In this document: positions 34,111 through 42,572 of the stretch, one piece after another
How positions within the stretch are numbered: position 1 is the first letter of the stretch
Layout of the letters: each line of letters starts with the position of its first letter
Translations under genes and position numbers: made by a program
Assembly: GCA_963619535.1 (NCBI GenBank)
Contig: CAVEWV010000003.1
Location: 2,263-66,262 of the forward strand
Direction of reading: 5' to 3'
Length of the DNA: 64,000 bases
Source of the DNA: Acutalibacteraceae bacterium
Lineage (GTDB): Bacteria; Actinomycetota; Coriobacteriia; Coriobacteriales; UMGS124
Notes under the pieces: model-generated
What the model was told of the DNA's origin: nothing
Databases searched by the model: none
The model's input: the letters and a program-made list of their open reading frames with translations, nothing else

Positions 34111-35058
34111 CTAGCCTTTGCGGCTGTCGTTCGTTGCGGCGTCGGGGATTGCGTATCCCAGAACGCGGTTGAGCAGATAGCCCTCTCGAATGCCCGAGTC
34201 GTGCACCACGAGCGTCTCCACCTGGAAGTTCTCGGCGATGGCCTGGATGGCCAGCAGCCCGGGCGTGAAGGTGTGCACGCGCTCGGGGACCTCGTGGAGC
34301 AGCTCGCGAAACGCCTGCTTGGGCTTCTTCAGCACGTGCGACACGAGCTGGTCGAGCTCGCCTTTCGTGACGGGCCGGGCCGGGTCCTGGCCGGGCAGCG
34401 TCGCGTCGCGCATCTTGCGCATGGCGCGGGCCGACCCGCCGATGCACGAGGCGCACGTCACCTTGCGCGACCCCAGGGCCTTGCGCACCCGCTTGGCCAC
34501 CGCGTCGTGGATGCGCTGGGCCTCCTCGGGGGTGGGCAGCACCTCGCCCACGTACTTCTCGAAGAGCGACAGCGACCCCAAGGGGACGCTCGTGCCCTCC
34601 TGCGCCAGGCCGTCCTCGTAGAGCAGCACCTCGCTGGAGCCGCCGCCCACGTCGATCTGCACGCCCGAGGCTCGCCCGGAGTGCCACATCGCCCCCACGA
34701 AGCCCAGGCGCGCCTCGTCGATGCCGCTCAGGAGCTCCACGCGCACCCCGCAGCGCCGCTCGACCTCGTCGAGCACCTCGGCGCAGTTGGTGGAGTTGCG
34801 CACGGCCGCCGTGGCGAAGCACGCGAAGTTGTTCATGTCCACGAAGCGCCCCGCCGCGCGGCGGTAGTCGTCTATCGTCTCCACGAGGGCGTCGATGCCG
34901 TCGCGGCGCATCGCGCCCGTGGAGGCGTCGATGCGGCTCGCCAGGCTGAGCTGGCGCTTGAGCTTGAAGAACGGCTGGAACTCACGGCTTGCGGGGTCGC
35001 AGTCGTACACCGTCATACGGACGGAGTTCGACCCAATGTCCACGATTCCCTCGAGCAT
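34111..35058 (-). CDS. ppx: exopolyphosphatase, Ppx/GppA family (short form)
   Basis: 315 aa. IVDIGSNSVRMTVYD, ATAAVRNSTN, DVGGGSSE (ASKHA fold motifs). Immediately upstream of ppk1 in the same orientation. Confidence 0.85.
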   Translation of the reverse strand: MLEGIVDIGSNSVRMTVYDCDPASREFQPFFKLKRQLSLASRIDASTGAMRRDGIDALVETIDDYRRAAGRFVDMNNFACFATAAVRNSTNCAEVLDEVERRCGVRVELLSGIDEARLGFVGAMWHSGRASGVQIDVGGGSSEVLLYEDGLAQEGTSVPLGSLSLFEKYVGEVLPTPEEAQRIHDAVAKRVRKALGSRKVTCASCIGGSARAMRKMRDATLPGQDPARPVTKGELDQLVSHVLKKPKQAFRELLHEVPERVHTFTPGLLAIQAIAENFQVETLVVHDSGIREGYLLNRVLGYAIPDAATNDSRKG

Positions 35059-35341
35059 GCGGCGGACCCCCTATACAGTCTGCTTGGCGTGTCGTCACGA
35101 AACCCTTTGATTCTAGACCCCCGGCGCTTCGATGCTCCCGCCGTGTTTGACAAATTCCTGCAAAGGGTTTGAGGGGCCTTTCAGATTTCGGCGATTGGGG
35201 TGGGCGTTGCCTGCTGAATATCTGTTGTGCGCCCGGCCGTGCGACCCCGCGCCGTCGTGCGCATGTAGGATGTCCGAATGCGCAAGGCCCGGAGCGCGGG
35301 CGTTCTTGGCGCGCGATTTCACTTCGACGAGGAGCTGCAAG

Positions 35342-36292
35342 ATGAGCGAAGAAGAGACGGGCCGCGCGACGGCCGACACTGCCGACGCCGCCGTGGATGC
35401 CGGACGGGCGTCCCGCGCCGAGGGCGACGTGGAGGCCCCCGGCCTCGCCGTGAGCCGCAGGGCCTTCGTCGCAGGCGGCGCCGTGCTGGGCCTGGCTGCC
35501 CTTGCCGGCCTGGGATATGCGGCCTTCGCCTCGTGCAACGCGCAGGCGGCCGGCCAGCTCACCGAGGTCGCCGGCGACGCCGCGCAGAACTTCATGGGAA
35601 GCGTGTCGCAGGTGGGCCGCGACGTGCAGGCCCGCGCCGCGGCCGGCGAGGGAGTCGTCCGGGGCACGGTGTGCATCGACGCCGGGCACGGCGGCGGCTC
35701 CGACCTCACCCTCACCTCCATCGGCCCGGGCTCCTCGGACATGCAGTACGTCGAGCCGGGCGGCACCTCGGGCGTGGTGACGGGCGTTGAGGAGTCGGCG
35801 GTCACCCTGGCGGTGGCGCTGCTTCTGCGCGACAAGCTGCGCGACCAGGGCGTCACGGTGGTCATGGTGCGCGAGGACGACTCGCGCTGCTACTCCAGCG
35901 AGGAGCGCGCCCAGATCGCGAACTCCTGCAACGCCGACATCTTCGTGCGCCTGCACTGCGACGGCTCCGACTCCTCCGAGCCCAGCGGGTTCTCCACGCT
36001 GGTGCCCGGCTACAACGACTGGACCGCCGGCATCGTGGAGGCCAGCGCCCAGGCCGCCAACATCATGCACCCCATCATCGTGTCTGAGACGGGGGCCCGA
36101 GACGCAGGCATTGTGGAGAGGACCGACCTGGCCGGCTTCAACTTCTGCACGGTGCCGGTGGTGCTCTTCGAGATGGGCTTCATGAGCAACCCCGAGGAAG
36201 ACCAGCGCCTGTGCAGCCCGGAGTACCAGGAGACGCTCGCCCAGGCCATCTGCGACGCCACGGTGGCCTATCTTGAATCCAAGGCGGGATAG
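35342..36292 (+). CDS. N-acetylmuramoyl-L-alanine amidase (Amidase_3), Tat-type signal
   Basis: Internal ATG at 35342. SRRAFVAGGAVLGLAALAG twin-arginine signal. CIDAGHGG, EESAVTLAVALLLRDKL, FVRLHCDG, VLFEMGFMSNPEE motifs. Confidence 0.85.
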   Translation: MSEEETGRATADTADAAVDAGRASRAEGDVEAPGLAVSRRAFVAGGAVLGLAALAGLGYAAFASCNAQAAGQLTEVAGDAAQNFMGSVSQVGRDVQARAAAGEGVVRGTVCIDAGHGGGSDLTLTSIGPGSSDMQYVEPGGTSGVVTGVEESAVTLAVALLLRDKLRDQGVTVVMVREDDSRCYSSEERAQIANSCNADIFVRLHCDGSDSSEPSGFSTLVPGYNDWTAGIVEASAQAANIMHPIIVSETGARDAGIVERTDLAGFNFCTVPVVLFEMGFMSNPEEDQRLCSPEYQETLAQAICDATVAYLESKAG

Positions 36293-36393
36293 CCCCGTGC
36301 CGTTTACCGCCCCGGCTATTTGATATGATGTGCGCGAGTCGTCCAACCGGATAAACGAAGCTCCAACGAACTAGAAGGTAGGAGGCATCACAG

Positions 36394-37377
36394 ATGAAAT
36401 GTTCAGTTTGCGGTACCGATTGCGCGGAGTCCACGCGCTATTGCCCCACGTGCGGCACGCCCCTCCAGAGCGCCCCTGCGGCCCAGCCCGCCCAGCAGCA
36501 GGCCTATGCCCAGCCCGCCCATTATGCGCCCCAGGGCCAGCCCTCGCAGCCCTTCCCCGCGCAGCCGGACTATGAGCCCACCCGCCAGATGCCGCCCTAC
36601 CAGCAGCCTTCCGGCCAGTTCCCGCGCGCCGGCGCCAGCACCGAGTTCCAGGCCGTGCCCGTGAACTCCGCCGTCCCCGGCCGCAGCGTCGACATGAGCG
36701 CCGCCACCAAGTCGCCCAAGTGGCCCATCGTGCTCATCTGCGTGCTCGTGGCGGTCATCGTGGCGCTCGTCCTGGTGATCCTGCATCCCTGGGACAGCGG
36801 CGCTGAGTCCGGCACGGCCGACGTGGTGGGCGGCAGCGTCGTGGTCACCTCCACCGGCGACGCCGGCACCGACACTCAGGCCACCCCCTCCGACACCGCG
36901 CAGGCCACGGGCACCGTGGGCGAGCAGACGGCCGAGCAGCCCGCTGCCACGACGCTGGCCGACGCCTACACGCAGCTTGCGGCCTCCTACGACCAGCTCG
37001 ACGGCTTCCACAACCAGATCAGCTCCGTCGCCTCCGACTTCTCCGACAACGTCGGCGTCAACGACCTGACCGACATCCGCAACCGCGCCGCCGACCTGCA
37101 GCAGCAGATCCAGACCGCCCGCTCGACCCTGCAGGCCATCTCCGTGCAGGACGGCACCGCCTACGCCCAGACCAAGGCGGCCATCGACAACCTGTACAAC
37201 GACCTCGTGATGCGCATCTCCGTGCTTGTGGAGGCCTGCGACGCCCAGATGGCCGGCAACGACTGGTCGTCCATCCTGACCCGCGACAACGGCGCCGCCG
37301 ACGAGCACGGCCACACCAACAAGTACCTCATCGACTACGAGCAGAACTACGCGGCCGCCAAGCCCGCCCAGGCCTAA
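36394..37377 (+). CDS. zinc-ribbon / Pro-Gln-rich linker / single-TM protein with an uncharacterised extracellular domain
   Basis: 327 aa. MKCSVCGTDCAESTRYCPTCGTPL (CxxC...CxxC), PQ-rich spacer, TM WPIVLICVLVAVIVALVLVIL, helical C-terminal domain. No family recognised. Confidence 0.6.
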   Translation: MKCSVCGTDCAESTRYCPTCGTPLQSAPAAQPAQQQAYAQPAHYAPQGQPSQPFPAQPDYEPTRQMPPYQQPSGQFPRAGASTEFQAVPVNSAVPGRSVDMSAATKSPKWPIVLICVLVAVIVALVLVILHPWDSGAESGTADVVGGSVVVTSTGDAGTDTQATPSDTAQATGTVGEQTAEQPAATTLADAYTQLAASYDQLDGFHNQISSVASDFSDNVGVNDLTDIRNRAADLQQQIQTARSTLQAISVQDGTAYAQTKAAIDNLYNDLVMRISVLVEACDAQMAGNDWSSILTRDNGAADEHGHTNKYLIDYEQNYAAAKPAQA

Positions 37378-37499
37378 GGCCACAGCTGTAATTTCTATAA
37401 ACCTTCTCGGGGAGGGCCTGCCGCAACGTACAATGAGCGACCGGCCCTCCCTTCGAGGGCCTTCTGCATCTTGAAGTGTTCGCGTCAAAGGAGGGCGTC

Positions 37500-38033
37500 A
37501 TGGCCACCTACACTCCCGAGTATCAGCCCGTCGGCGACGAGGTCGCCGTCGTCAAGACCTCCAAGGGCACCATCCGGGCCAAGCTCGACGCCGCCGGGGC
37601 GCCCATCCATGTGGCCAACTTCTGCGAGCTTGCCCAGAAGGGCTTCTACGACGGGGTGAAGTTCCATCGCTACGTCCCCAACTTCGTCATCCAGGGCGGC
37701 GACCCCAACACCCGCGAGATGACCTCGCAGGAGGTCATCCGCGGCGGCAAGCCGGGCTGTGGCCGACCCGGCACGGGCGGACCGGGGTACTGCATCAAGG
37801 CCGAGTACAAGACCAACCCCAACAACAGCCATGAGGACGGCGCCCTTGCCATGGCCCGCTCCCAGGCCCCCGACTCGGCCGGCTCGCAGTTCTACTTCTG
37901 CCTGGGCGCCCAGCACTTCCTCGACCCCAACTACACGGTCTTCGGGCAGACCGTCGAGGGCCTCGACGTCATTTCCCAGCTGCGCGTCGGCGACGAGATC
38001 TGCAGCGTCACCATCGAGCACGACCAGGCCTAA
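37500..38033 (+). CDS. ppiB: cyclophilin-type peptidyl-prolyl cis-trans isomerase
   Basis: ATG at 37500 follows AAAGGAGGG. NFCELAQKGFYDGVKFHRYVPNFVIQGGDP, GALAMAR...SAGSQFYF, YTVFGQTVEG motifs. Confidence 0.9.
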   Translation: MATYTPEYQPVGDEVAVVKTSKGTIRAKLDAAGAPIHVANFCELAQKGFYDGVKFHRYVPNFVIQGGDPNTREMTSQEVIRGGKPGCGRPGTGGPGYCIKAEYKTNPNNSHEDGALAMARSQAPDSAGSQFYFCLGAQHFLDPNYTVFGQTVEGLDVISQLRVGDEICSVTIEHDQA

Positions 38034-38081
38034 GGCCGCATGCCCTAGCACATCCCAGAACTACCACGAGGAGCATCACCG

Positions 38082-39413
38082 TTGGACATCACGACCTTCA
38101 ACAGGGCAAAGCAGGCATATGACGCCAAGGACTGGCAGAGCGCCGTCGTGCTCTTCTCCCAGTGCGGCACGGGACAGGGCACGGGCGAGGCATGCCATCT
38201 GTGCGGCAACGCCCTCATGCGCATCGGCCGCGTCCAAGAGGCCACCCAGGCCTATCGCGCCGCGTTGAGCGACTCCTCCTACGGCAACCAGGGGGCGGTG
38301 TACACCAACCTCGGCAAGGCCCAAATGGCCCTGGGCGATCTGCGCGGCGCCATCGACTCGCTGCGCCACGCCCTGGCCGACCCCAACTACCGCGGCGCCT
38401 ACAAGGCACACATGGCCCTGGGCGACGCGTACTCCAAGCTCGCCGACTCGCGCAACGCCGGCACGTCGTATCGCCAGGCGGCCCTGGACCCCAACAACCC
38501 CGAGCCCGCAAAGGCCCTCATCAACCTCGGCGTGAGCTTCATGCAGATGCGCCGTCCGGCCGACGCGGCCGAGGCGTATCGCACCGCCGTGGACTTCGCG
38601 TCCAACGACCAGGAGCGCTCGCTCATCCTGGCCAACCTCGGCCAGGCCTATGTGGCGTCCAACCGCATGCTCGAGGCCGTCAGCGCCTTCCAGGCGGCCA
38701 CCGCCACGGGCTATCAGCTGCCTGCCGCCGCGCAGGTCGACTACTCGCGCGCCACGCAGGCCGTCCAGGCCATGGGCACGGGCTCGGCCTATCCGGGGAT
38801 GTCGGGCGGCGTGCCCGTCAACCCCACCTACGACCCCACCGGCGGCACGGGCGACGTCCTGCCCAACGCCGAGGACTCCGGCTTCTTCAACATCTCCGAG
38901 GACGACATCCTCGCCGACCAGAAGCGCCGCGAGGCCTATGACTCGGTGAAGTCCCACCGCGGCCTCAAGAAGGCCCTGGTCGTGCTGCTCATCATCGTCA
39001 TCCTTGTGGGCGGCGCGGCGGGCGCTTACGTGAGCGGTTTTGGCGTGCCCAGCCGCGAGGGGGCGATTGAGACTGTGTTCAGCGCCGCCGCCAACGGGCA
39101 GGACGCGGCGGGCGCCTGGTCGAGCAGCGTGAGCGCCACGGCCCGCACCCAGGCCATGAGCCAGATCGAGGGCACCGCCTCGGTCACGGTCATCGGCATG
39201 GACTCCTCGCTCAACGACGCGGTGGCCGTCGTGCAGAACACGCTCGCCCAGGGCGGCACGCTCACGTACCGCGTCAGCCTCGTGCGCGAGCTCATCAGCT
39301 GGAAGGTGACCGACGTGGAGCGCGTCATCTCCTCCGAGACCGAAAACACCTACACCGGCGCGTTCGCCAACGAGGCCTCCGCCGACCAGTCCGAGCAGGT
39401 CGCCACGGCTTAA
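38082..39413 (+). CDS. TPR-repeat protein with a single TM and a C-terminal extracellular domain
   Basis: 443 aa, TTG start with GAGGAG RBS. Multiple TPR-like units (A..AY..AL....Y...A..NLG.A), TM LVVLLIIVILVGGAAGAYV, about 120-aa C-terminal domain. Confidence 0.65.
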   Translation: MDITTFNRAKQAYDAKDWQSAVVLFSQCGTGQGTGEACHLCGNALMRIGRVQEATQAYRAALSDSSYGNQGAVYTNLGKAQMALGDLRGAIDSLRHALADPNYRGAYKAHMALGDAYSKLADSRNAGTSYRQAALDPNNPEPAKALINLGVSFMQMRRPADAAEAYRTAVDFASNDQERSLILANLGQAYVASNRMLEAVSAFQAATATGYQLPAAAQVDYSRATQAVQAMGTGSAYPGMSGGVPVNPTYDPTGGTGDVLPNAEDSGFFNISEDDILADQKRREAYDSVKSHRGLKKALVVLLIIVILVGGAAGAYVSGFGVPSREGAIETVFSAAANGQDAAGAWSSSVSATARTQAMSQIEGTASVTVIGMDSSLNDAVAVVQNTLAQGGTLTYRVSLVRELISWKVTDVERVISSETENTYTGAFANEASADQSEQVATA

Positions 39414-39533
39414 GGCCCGATGCCCGTCCGCCTCGGCATATGTCCTGAGGCCACAACGTTCTCTACCTGCGCCTGGCGCAGAGCGAGTTGCACTACCCGG
39501 TAAGGTTTTCCCAACAGACGAAAGGAACCTCAC

Positions 39534-39938
39534 ATGATCGAGAAGACTTACATCATGATCAAGCCCGACGCGGTCGCCAACCGCCACATCGGCGAGATCG
39601 TCAACCGCATCGAGCGCTCCGGCCTCACCATCGAGCGCATGGTGCTCGAGATGGTCACCCCCGAGCAGGCCGAGGCCAACTACGCCGAGCACAAGGGCAA
39701 GCCTTTCTATGAGGGCCTGGTCTCCTACATCACCTCCGGCCCCGTCGTGAAGATGGTCATCTCCGGCGAGAACGCCGTGGCCAACATGCGTCGTCTCATG
39801 GGCGCCACCGACTGCTCCAAGGCCGAGCCCGGCACCATCCGCGGCGACTTTGGCCTGTCCGTCGACCGCAACGTCATCCACGGCTCCGACTCCCCGGCTT
39901 CCGCCGAGCGTGAGATCGGCATCTTCTTCCAGGCCTAA
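39534..39938 (+). CDS. ndk: nucleoside-diphosphate kinase
   Basis: 134 aa. EKTYIMIKPDAV, GTIRGDF, NVIHGSDS (catalytic His) motifs. Confidence 0.95.
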   Translation: MIEKTYIMIKPDAVANRHIGEIVNRIERSGLTIERMVLEMVTPEQAEANYAEHKGKPFYEGLVSYITSGPVVKMVISGENAVANMRRLMGATDCSKAEPGTIRGDFGLSVDRNVIHGSDSPASAEREIGIFFQA

Positions 39939-39979
39939 TCTGCCCGGTAGCCCTGTTTTCTGACAGCTGTGGTTGGAGA

Positions 39980-40013
39980 GCCCATCGCGCCTCGGCGCGA
40001 TGGGCCTTCTTTT
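39980..40013 (+). terminator. intrinsic terminator after ndk
   Basis: Perfect 11-bp stem GCCCATCGCGC / GCGCGATGGGC, loop CTCG, then CTTCTTTTCG. Confidence 0.65.
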
Positions 40014-40021
40014 CGATTGGT

Positions 40022-41071
40022 ATGCGCATGTCGTTTCTAGACAACATCATGGGCGGGCGCAAGGCCGGCCTGGCAATCGATTTGGGTACCGCGAACACGC
40101 TTGTTGCCACGCGCGAGGCCGGGATCATCATCAACGAGCCCTCCGTCGTGGCCATCGACCGTGACAAGAATCGTGTCCTTGCGGTGGGGGCCGAGGCCAA
40201 GAGGATGCTTGGCCGCACGCCCGACAACATCGACGCCATCCGGCCCATGAAGGACGGCGTCATCGCCGACTTCGACGTCACCGAGGCCATGCTGCGCTAC
40301 TTTATCGGCAAGGCCACAGGCGACAAGAAGGGCCTGCTGGCGCCGCGTCCGCGCGTCGTCATCGGCATCCCGAGCGGCGTGACCTCCGTGGAGAAGCGCG
40401 CGGTCTTCGAGGCGGCCGTCCAGGCCGGCGCCAGCCAGGCGTTCCTCATCGAGGAGCCCATGGCCGCCGCCATCGGGGCCGACATGCCCGTCGAGGAGCC
40501 CACGGCCTCCATGGTGGTCGACATCGGCGGCGGCACCGCCGAGGTGGCCGTCATCTCCATGGGCGGCATCGTCGTGTCGCAGTCGGTGCGCGTGGGCGGC
40601 AACGCCTTCGACCGCGCCGTCCTTGAGATGGTCAAGGAGACCTACGGCCTTTCCATCGGGGAGCGCACGGCCGAGATCATCAAGATAAAGGTCGGCTCCG
40701 CCGCGCCCTTGGAGCGCGAGCTCGACGTCGAGGTCAACGGGCGCGACACGGTCTCGGGCATGCCCAAGAAGGTGCGCATCGAGTCCGAGGAGGTGCGCAG
40801 GTCGCTGCAGAAGCCCATCTCTGAGATCGTGAAGGCCGTCCGCGACGTGCTCGACGCCACGCCGCCCGACCTGGCCAGCGACATCATGTACTACGGCATC
40901 CTCCTCACGGGCGGCGCGGGCATGCTGCGCGGGCTCGACCAGCGCCTGCGCGAGGAGACGGGCGTCCCCGTCAACGTGTCCCCCACGGCGCTCGAGAACG
41001 TGGTGAAGGGGTGCATGGCCGTCCTGGACGCCAACGCCTTGGCCGGGTCGTACACCCAGGCCAGCGCCTAG
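40022..41071 (+). CDS. mreB: rod-shape-determining actin homologue MreB (start codon uncertain: 40022, 40028 or 40049)
   Basis: GLAIDLGTANTLV, EPSVVAID, PMKDGVIADF, VVDIGGGTAEVAV, LTGGGAMLRGLD motifs. No SD precedes any candidate ATG. Confidence 0.9.
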   Translation: MRMSFLDNIMGGRKAGLAIDLGTANTLVATREAGIIINEPSVVAIDRDKNRVLAVGAEAKRMLGRTPDNIDAIRPMKDGVIADFDVTEAMLRYFIGKATGDKKGLLAPRPRVVIGIPSGVTSVEKRAVFEAAVQAGASQAFLIEEPMAAAIGADMPVEEPTASMVVDIGGGTAEVAVISMGGIVVSQSVRVGGNAFDRAVLEMVKETYGLSIGERTAEIIKIKVGSAAPLERELDVEVNGRDTVSGMPKKVRIESEEVRRSLQKPISEIVKAVRDVLDATPPDLASDIMYYGILLTGGAGMLRGLDQRLREETGVPVNVSPTALENVVKGCMAVLDANALAGSYTQASA

Positions 41072-41093
41072 AGGCGCGGCAGGGGAGGCCCCA

Positions 41094-41996
41094 GTGAAAG
41101 AGCTTCCAGGTTCGTTGGGCGAGCCGCGGGCTCGCAAGGGCGGTTTCAAGACCCTCGTCGTGTGCGCGTGCGTCTCGGCGCTGGTCATGACGGCCTATTC
41201 CCAGGAGGGAACCTCGGGCGCGCTCCATGCGCTGCGCTCGGGCGTGCAGACGCTCGCCGAGCCCTTTCAGACCGTCGGCTCGGCCATCGAGCAGCCCTTC
41301 GACGCCGTGCTGCGCGCCTTTGAGGACGCCAATGCCGACACCGAGACCCTGACCGAGCTGCGCAACCGAAACGCCCAGCTCGTGGCCCAGCTCAGCGAGC
41401 TGCAGGTGTACAAGCAGGAAAACGAGAGCCTCAAGGCGATGCTGGGCCTGTCCACGTCGTTGGGCACGACCGGCCTGGCGGCCCAGGTCATAAGCGCCTC
41501 GCAGGACGGTTGGACCGACACCGTGGTGATCGACCGCGGAAGCGACGACGGCGTCGCGCTCGACATGCCCGTGACCGACGGCAGCTGCCTTGTGGGCCAG
41601 GTGTGCGCGGTGAGCGCCTCAAGCGCCACGGTGCGCCTCGTGAGCGACCCGTCGTTCTCCGCAAGCGTCGCCATAGGGCAGTCCGGCGCCACCGGCATCG
41701 TGAGCGTCTCGGCGGACTCGACCGTCCGCGTGGAGTACGTCTCCTCGTCGGCGCAGGTCAGCGTCGGCGACACCGTGGCGACCTCGGGCCTGAGCGACGT
41801 CTACCCCAAGGGGCTTGTCGTGGGGACGGTGGCCAGCGTGAGCGCGCAGACCTCCTCGATGTATTACGACATAGTCGTGACCCCGCTGTACAGCGTGGCC
41901 AACGCCTCCCAGGTGTATGTCATCACCTCGTTCAACGAGTCGGCGGCCGAAGGGTCTGACCAAACGGCCCAGGAAGCGCAGGGGGGCGAACAATGA
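41094..41996 (+). CDS. mreC: rod-shape-determining protein MreC
   Basis: 300 aa, GTG start after GGGGAGG. N-terminal TM, coiled coil (LRNRNAQLVAQLSELQVYKQENESLK), beta-barrel domains (GLVGQV..., YPKGLVVGTV). Confidence 0.85.
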   Translation: MKELPGSLGEPRARKGGFKTLVVCACVSALVMTAYSQEGTSGALHALRSGVQTLAEPFQTVGSAIEQPFDAVLRAFEDANADTETLTELRNRNAQLVAQLSELQVYKQENESLKAMLGLSTSLGTTGLAAQVISASQDGWTDTVVIDRGSDDGVALDMPVTDGSCLVGQVCAVSASSATVRLVSDPSFSASVAIGQSGATGIVSVSADSTVRVEYVSSSAQVSVGDTVATSGLSDVYPKGLVVGTVASVSAQTSSMYYDIVVTPLYSVANASQVYVITSFNESAAEGSDQTAQEAQGGEQ

Positions 41997-42523
41997 CGAC
42001 GGTCCAGCTTGACAGCCCCAAGCGCCGCGAGGTCTTGCCGTGCGCCCTGGTCACGCTGGTGTGCGTGCTCGCCCAGCTCGTCTTGGGGGGACGCGTCAAC
42101 ATCCTGGGCGCCACCCCCAATTTCCTGCTGTGCGCGGTGTTCTTCATCGCCCTGAAGGCCGGCCCCAGGCCGGGGGTGCTCGCCGGCTTTGCCCTGGGGC
42201 TGCTCTTCGATCTGCTCGGCTCGTCCACGTTGGGCCTCTCGTCGCTTGTGGGGTGCGTCTTCGGCTACGTGTGCGCCCTCCTCTGCCGGCCGGGCGTGCT
42301 GGGCGAGCCCCTGCAGGCGTCCGTGCGGTTCCTGGGGTGCGCCTTCCTCTTCAACGCGGCCCGCTACGCGCTGATGGTGTTCCTGGGCATCCAGGACGGT
42401 GCCGGCGCGGCGGCCCTGGGACGCATCGCGCTGACGTCTCTTCTCGATGCCCTGGTGACGCTCGTCGTCTGCCTGGCGTACTCGTGGCTCTCTTCCCGGG
42501 GACGTGCCGGCCTGCGGCTCTAG
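41993..42523 (+). CDS. mreD: rod-shape-determining protein MreD
   Basis: 176 aa, ATGA overlap with mreC. Five hydrophobic segments. Position and size are typical of MreD. Confidence 0.75.
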   Translation: MTTVQLDSPKRREVLPCALVTLVCVLAQLVLGGRVNILGATPNFLLCAVFFIALKAGPRPGVLAGFALGLLFDLLGSSTLGLSSLVGCVFGYVCALLCRPGVLGEPLQASVRFLGCAFLFNAARYALMVFLGIQDGAGAAALGRIALTSLLDALVTLVVCLAYSWLSSRGRAGLRL

Positions 42524-42572
42524 GCGCGCCGCCTGCTCCGTGAGCCCGTCTGCTTGAAAGGAGGTCCCACCC

